DNA of 32,000 nucleotides from Dickeya dadantii NCPPB 898 (GTDB lineage Bacteria; Pseudomonadota; Gammaproteobacteria; Enterobacterales; Enterobacteriaceae): NCBI RefSeq assembly GCF_000406145.1, contig NZ_CM001976.1, positions 3,449,263 to 3,481,262 of the forward strand, read 5' to 3'. Shown piece by piece: positions 27,929 to 32,000 of this stretch (position 1 is its first letter; each line of letters starts with the position of its first letter). The notes under the pieces were generated by a model. It saw only the letters and a program-made list of their open reading frames with translations, ran no database searches and was not told where the DNA came from. The position numbers and the translations under genes were made by a program.

Positions 27929-28576
27929 ATGACCGAAAAAAAGCAGGGGCGGCGCGGCCGGCCCGCCAACGAGGCGCTTAGCCAAACGATAGTCGACGCC
28001 GCGAGCGAACTCTTTGTAGAACTGGGTTTTCAAGCGACGACAATGGACAAGGTCGCCCAGCGGGCGAAGATATCCAAGCTAAGCATCTATCGGCATTTCG
28101 AGAACAAGGAGGCGCTGTTCAGCGCAGCCATCGCGGCTCACTGCCATCAGTTTGCACCACAGGCCCTTATTGAAAGCGTCGGCGGTTCGGCCGAAGATCA
28201 GCTCATCGCGGTGGGATCATCCCTGCTTCGCACGCTGTTAAGCCCGGACGTCCGCAGTGTCGAAGCCATGATCATGGCCGACAAGACGAATCAAAAGTCG
28301 TTAAGCAAGCTCCATTACGAAGCCGGCGCTGCCTATGTCATCGCTCAGATCGAGGCCCTGTTGCGTCAGTTGCACGCGAAGGCGCTGCTGAACGTGCCTG
28401 ATCCTCTCCGGTCCGCCCGCTTGTTTGGCGCGCTTATCAAAGGATCCGACCTCCTGACAATCGCTCTGTTCGATGAGGCGAGAGTAGAGGGCGACAACGA
28501 AATCGAATCCTACTGCCGGTCGGCCGTCGCCATGTTCATCGCTGCCCACGGTGGCAACAATCACTCGGGCGGATAA
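27929..28576 (+). CDS. TetR/AcrR-family transcriptional regulator
   Basis: The N-terminal HTH is ELFVELGFQATTMDKVAQRAKISKLSIYRHFENKEALF. It is divergent from the small-ORF/flavoprotein/ABM operon. Confidence 0.88.
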   Translation: MTEKKQGRRGRPANEALSQTIVDAASELFVELGFQATTMDKVAQRAKISKLSIYRHFENKEALFSAAIAAHCHQFAPQALIESVGGSAEDQLIAVGSSLLRTLLSPDVRSVEAMIMADKTNQKSLSKLHYEAGAAYVIAQIEALLRQLHAKALLNVPDPLRSARLFGALIKGSDLLTIALFDEARVEGDNEIESYCRSAVAMFIAAHGGNNHSGG

Positions 28577-29158
28577 GATAAGTAGCAGACGCATTGCCAA
28601 TCGATGTGAGGCTAATGCGCTGCTATTGCATGAAAGACGCAGGCTTCAAGCGTAAAGATAATCTGGACATGTGCAAACTCGGTCACATGAGTCCACGGTG
28701 TGTGACGGACGCCGATAATCAGGCCCAGTCCGGGCGTTCATGGACATGGAGAATGTGATGCTGTTGACGCGGCAATCAGTTGTTGGGTCTGAACCTTCTG
28801 GTAGTTAGGGCTGTTCCCCCTTTTCAACCGCCGCCAGGGGACTTCACACAATGGTACAAAAAGGGGGTTTCCAATCGGGCGTCGACAACGCCATGCGCGC
28901 TTGCAGGTAACAGTGGCGAGGCAGATGGTGATGAGTTACCCATACCAACATCATAGTGGAGACTGGCAAACAGTTACTGCTGACATCTGCGCTGCTGAGC
29001 GTTCTCGATACCATGTCGGCATTCTTTATCCTGGACATGGTATCGATATAGCTCTCTCACATACGTACGATGTGCGCCATTAAAAACGCCATTGATAACG
29101 TAGTAAACATGACTATATTTTATTTTTTACAATAAAATCAAGTATTTATTAATAAACC

Positions 29159-30736
29159 CTACTCCCACTCGATCGTCGCCGGCGGCTTGCCGGACACGTC
29201 ATAGACGACCCTTGAAATCCCGTCCACTTCATTAATGATGCGGTTGGAGACACGACCGAGGAATTCGTACGGCAGGTGCGCCCAATGCGCGGTCATGAAG
29301 TCGATGGTTTCAACAGCGCGCAGCGAGACGACCCAGTCGTATTTACGGCCGTCGCCCATGACGCCGACGGAACGCACCGGCAGGAACACGGTGAACGCCT
29401 GGCTGACCTTGTCGTACAGGTCCGCTTTGTGCAGTTCTTCAATGAAGATGGCGTCAGCGCGGCGCAGCAGATCGCAGTACTCTTTCTTCACTTCGCCCAG
29501 CACGCGTACGCCCAGACCCGGCCCCGGGAACGGATGACGGTACAGCATGTTGTACGGCAGGCCCAGCTCAAGACCAATCTTGCGCACTTCGTCTTTGAAC
29601 AGCTCTTTCAGCGGCTCAACCAGCCCCAGCGCCATGTCGTCCGGCAAACCGCCGACGTTATGGTGCGACTTGATGACGTGCGCTTTGCCGGTAGCGGAAG
29701 CGGCGGATTCGATCACGTCCGGATAGATGGTGCCTTGCGCCAGCCATTTCACGTCGGTCAGCTTGCCCGCTTCTTCGTCAAACACGTCCACGAAGACGCG
29801 ACCGATGGTTTTACGTTTCGCTTCCGGGTCGTCAATGCCCGCCAGCGCCGACAGGAAACGCTCCTCCGCCGCCACATGAACAATGTTCAGGCCGAACTGG
29901 TCGCCAAACATCTCCATCACCTGCTCGGCTTCGTTCAGGCGCAGCAGACCGTTGTCCACAAACACGCAGGTCAGGCGATCGCCAATGGCGCGGTGCAGCA
30001 GCAACGCGGTCACCGAGGAATCAACCCCGCCGGACAGGCCGAGAATCACCTTGTCCTTGCCCACCTGCACACGAATGCGTTCAACCGCGTCGTCGATGAT
30101 TTTTGCCGGGGTCCACAGTGCTTCACACTGGCAAATGTCGCGCACAAAACGTTCCAGCATGCGCTGGCCCTGACGAGTGTGGGTCACTTCCGGGTGGAAC
30201 TGCACGCCGTAGAAGCGTTTTTCCTCGTTAGCCATGATGGCGTACGGACAGGTGTCGGTGCTGGCAACGGTCACGAAATCAGCCGGGATGGCGGTGACCT
30301 TGTCGCCGTGGCTCATCCACACATCCAGCAACGGCGCGCCGCTGGCACTGACGGCATCCTGAATGTCGCGAATCAGCACGCTGTTGGTCTTCACTTCCAC
30401 CTGCGCATAACCGAACTCACGCTCGCTGGAGCCTTCTACCTTACCGCCCAGTTGCATCGCCATGGTCTGCATGCCGTAGCATACGCCCAGCACCGGCACG
30501 CCTGCCTGGAAAACATATTCCGGCGCGCGCGGGCTATTGAACTCGGTGGTGCTTTCCGGACCGCCGGAAAGGATGATGCCATTCGGGTTGAACTCGCGAA
30601 TCTGCGCTTCGGTGACATCCCATGCCCACAGTTCGCAGTATACGCCCAGCTCACGCACGCGACGTGCCACCAGCTGCGTGTATTGCGAACCGAAATCCAG
30701 AATAAGAATGCGATGTTGATGAATGTTTTCTGTCAT
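29159..30736 (-). CDS. guaA: GMP synthase (glutamine-hydrolysing) GuaA
   Basis: The 525-aa product starts [36 protein letters not shown] and ends [10 protein letters not shown], essentially collinear with E. coli GuaA. Confidence 0.95.
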   Translation of the reverse strand: MTENIHQHRILILDFGSQYTQLVARRVRELGVYCELWAWDVTEAQIREFNPNGIILSGGPESTTEFNSPRAPEYVFQAGVPVLGVCYGMQTMAMQLGGKVEGSSEREFGYAQVEVKTNSVLIRDIQDAVSASGAPLLDVWMSHGDKVTAIPADFVTVASTDTCPYAIMANEEKRFYGVQFHPEVTHTRQGQRMLERFVRDICQCEALWTPAKIIDDAVERIRVQVGKDKVILGLSGGVDSSVTALLLHRAIGDRLTCVFVDNGLLRLNEAEQVMEMFGDQFGLNIVHVAAEERFLSALAGIDDPEAKRKTIGRVFVDVFDEEAGKLTDVKWLAQGTIYPDVIESAASATGKAHVIKSHHNVGGLPDDMALGLVEPLKELFKDEVRKIGLELGLPYNMLYRHPFPGPGLGVRVLGEVKKEYCDLLRRADAIFIEELHKADLYDKVSQAFTVFLPVRSVGVMGDGRKYDWVVSLRAVETIDFMTAHWAHLPYEFLGRVSNRIINEVDGISRVVYDVSGKPPATIEWE

Positions 30737-30760
30737 GAGAGGCGTATTCCACTACGGAGC

Positions 30761-30796
30761 GAAAGAAAAATTGAACCCGGCAAGTTTACCGGGTTC
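30761..30796 (-). terminator. Intercistronic hairpin plus T-run between guaB and guaA (attenuator/processing-type)
   Basis: The minus strand reads gaacccgg-taaacttg-ccgggttc followed by aatttttctttc. It lies inside the guaBA operon, so it is probably only a partial terminator. Confidence 0.45.
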
Positions 30797-30823
30797 GTAA
30801 CATTAAATCAGCCGGTAACGCGC

Positions 30824-32000
30824 TTAGCCCATACGATAGTTCGGCGACTCTTTGGTGATGGTCACATCATGAACGTGACTTTCCTGAATACCGGCGCCGC
30901 TGATGCGCACAAATTCGGCTTTGGTACGCAGCGCATCAATGGTCGGGCAACCGGTCAGACCCATGCAGGAGCGCAGGCCGCCCATCTGCTGGTGCACGAT
31001 CTCTTTCAGGCGGCCTTTATACGCCACGCGGCCTTCGATGCCTTCCGGCACCAGTTTGTCGGCAGCATTGTCAGACTGGAAATAACGGTCGGACGAGCCT
31101 TTGGACATCGCGCCCAGTGACCCCATGCCGCGGTAAGATTTAAACGCACGGCCCTGATACAGTTCGATCTCGCCCGGAGATTCTTCGGTGCCGGCCAGCA
31201 TGGAACCGACCATTACGCAGGCGGCGCCGGCGGCGATCGCTTTGGCGATGTCGCCGGAGAAACGGATACCGCCGTCGGCGATGACCGGAATGCCAGTGCC
31301 TTCCAGCGCGTCAACCGCATCGGCAATCGCCGTAATCTGCGGCACGCCCACGCCGGTCACGATACGAGTCGTACAGATAGAACCGGGGCCGATGCCCACT
31401 TTCACCGCGCTTACGCCGGCTTCGGCCAGGGCGCGAGCGCCGGCGCCAGTCGCCACGTTACCGCCGATGATCTGCAGATCCGGGTATTTAGCGCGGGTTT
31501 CGCGGATACGCTGCAACACGCCTTCGGAGTGACCATGGGAAGAGTCGATCAACAACACGTCCACACCAGCGGCGACCAGTGCGTCGATACGTTCTTCGTT
31601 GCCGGCGCCGGCGCCTACCGCCGCGCCCACGCGCAGGCGACCGTGCTCGTCTTTACAGGCGTTCGGCTTACGCTCGGCTTTCTGGAAATCTTTTACCGTG
31701 ATCATCCCGACCAGACGGAATTGTGTATCCACCACCAGCGCTTTTTCGATGCGGCGCTCGTGCATTTTCTGCAGCACCACGTCGCGTGCTTCGCCCTCTT
31801 TTACCGTCACCAGACGTTCTTTCGGGGTCATTACCGCGCTGACCGGGCGGTCCAGATCGGTGACGAAACGCACGTCACGGCCGGTGATGATACCGACCAG
31901 TTCATTGCCTGTCGTTACCACCGGGTAACCGGCGAAACCGTTACGTTCAGTGAGTTGTTTCACCTGACGCAACGTGGTTTCCGGGGTGACGGTCTGCGGG
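30824..32000 (-). CDS. guaB: IMP dehydrogenase GuaB, C-terminal ~390 aa (5' end lies outside the window)
   Basis: CBS-domain and catalytic regions are present ([40 protein letters not shown]), ending ...[15 protein letters not shown]. The frame is open to the window edge. Confidence 0.95.
   Translation of the reverse strand, partial: PQTVTPETTLRQVKQLTERNGFAGYPVVTTGNELVGIITGRDVRFVTDLDRPVSAVMTPKERLVTVKEGEARDVVLQKMHERRIEKALVVDTQFRLVGMITVKDFQKAERKPNACKDEHGRLRVGAAVGAGAGNEERIDALVAAGVDVLLIDSSHGHSEGVLQRIRETRAKYPDLQIIGGNVATGAGARALAEAGVSAVKVGIGPGSICTTRIVTGVGVPQITAIADAVDALEGTGIPVIADGGIRFSGDIAKAIAAGAACVMVGSMLAGTEESPGEIELYQGRAFKSYRGMGSLGAMSKGSSDRYFQSDNAADKLVPEGIEGRVAYKGRLKEIVHQQMGGLRSCMGLTGCPTIDALRTKAEFVRISGAGIQESHVHDVTITKESPNYRMG

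Noticed and set aside
29276-31120. A 614-aa plus-strand ORF spanning guaA, the spacer and guaB
   Set aside because: It is antisense to two unmistakable, highly conserved genes. Its product is a low-complexity Arg/Ala/His/Gln-rich translation typical of shadow ORFs in GC-rich coding DNA. It has no SD and crosses an intergenic region.

Overview
Enterobacterales chromosomal segment in which conserved core blocks flank a mosaic accessory region. The taxon is inferred from gene content and E. coli-like synteny only.

Core, left (1-8709): the 3' part of mdtC, then mdtD, baeS and baeR, a Xi-class glutathione S-transferase (CPWA motif), yegQ, the sRNA CyaR with a class II CRP promoter, and convergent psiE.

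Sugar/glycoside-type cluster (8971-15699): a hydroxypyruvate-isomerase-like TIM barrel, a NupG/XapB/YegT-family transporter, a 356-aa xylose-isomerase-like TIM barrel, a Gfo/Idh/MocA oxidoreductase, a LacI-family regulator and a signal-peptide-bearing TIM barrel. These are tied together by three copies of a GTAATCGATTAC palindrome.

thiD-thiM with a TPP riboswitch (16005-17735).

Accessory mosaic (about 17740-29158), with no integrase, transposase or tRNA visible:
- an AT-rich spacer with tandem repeats;
- an enlarged ERIC element about 345 bp long;
- an AT-rich polar-amino-acid ABC transporter operon whose second permease is frameshifted in a T7 run;
- a VOC/glyoxalase-family gene;
- an orphan 235-aa protein with a beta-beta-alpha-Me nuclease-like motif;
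- a signal-anchored conserved hypothetical (DUF3750-like);
- an AT-rich secreted alginate-lyase-superfamily protein with a beta-trefoil-like C-terminus;
- a compositionally distinct TetR / TrxR-like flavoprotein / ABM monooxygenase module. It opens with an unannotated 39-codon ORF encoding a twin-arginine-type signal peptide plus a His-rich tail, translationally coupled to the flavoprotein.

Core, right: guaA and the 3' part of guaB (29159-32000).

No CRISPR array, rRNA or tRNA was seen. Most other ORFs in the six-frame track are antisense shadows of GC-rich genes.
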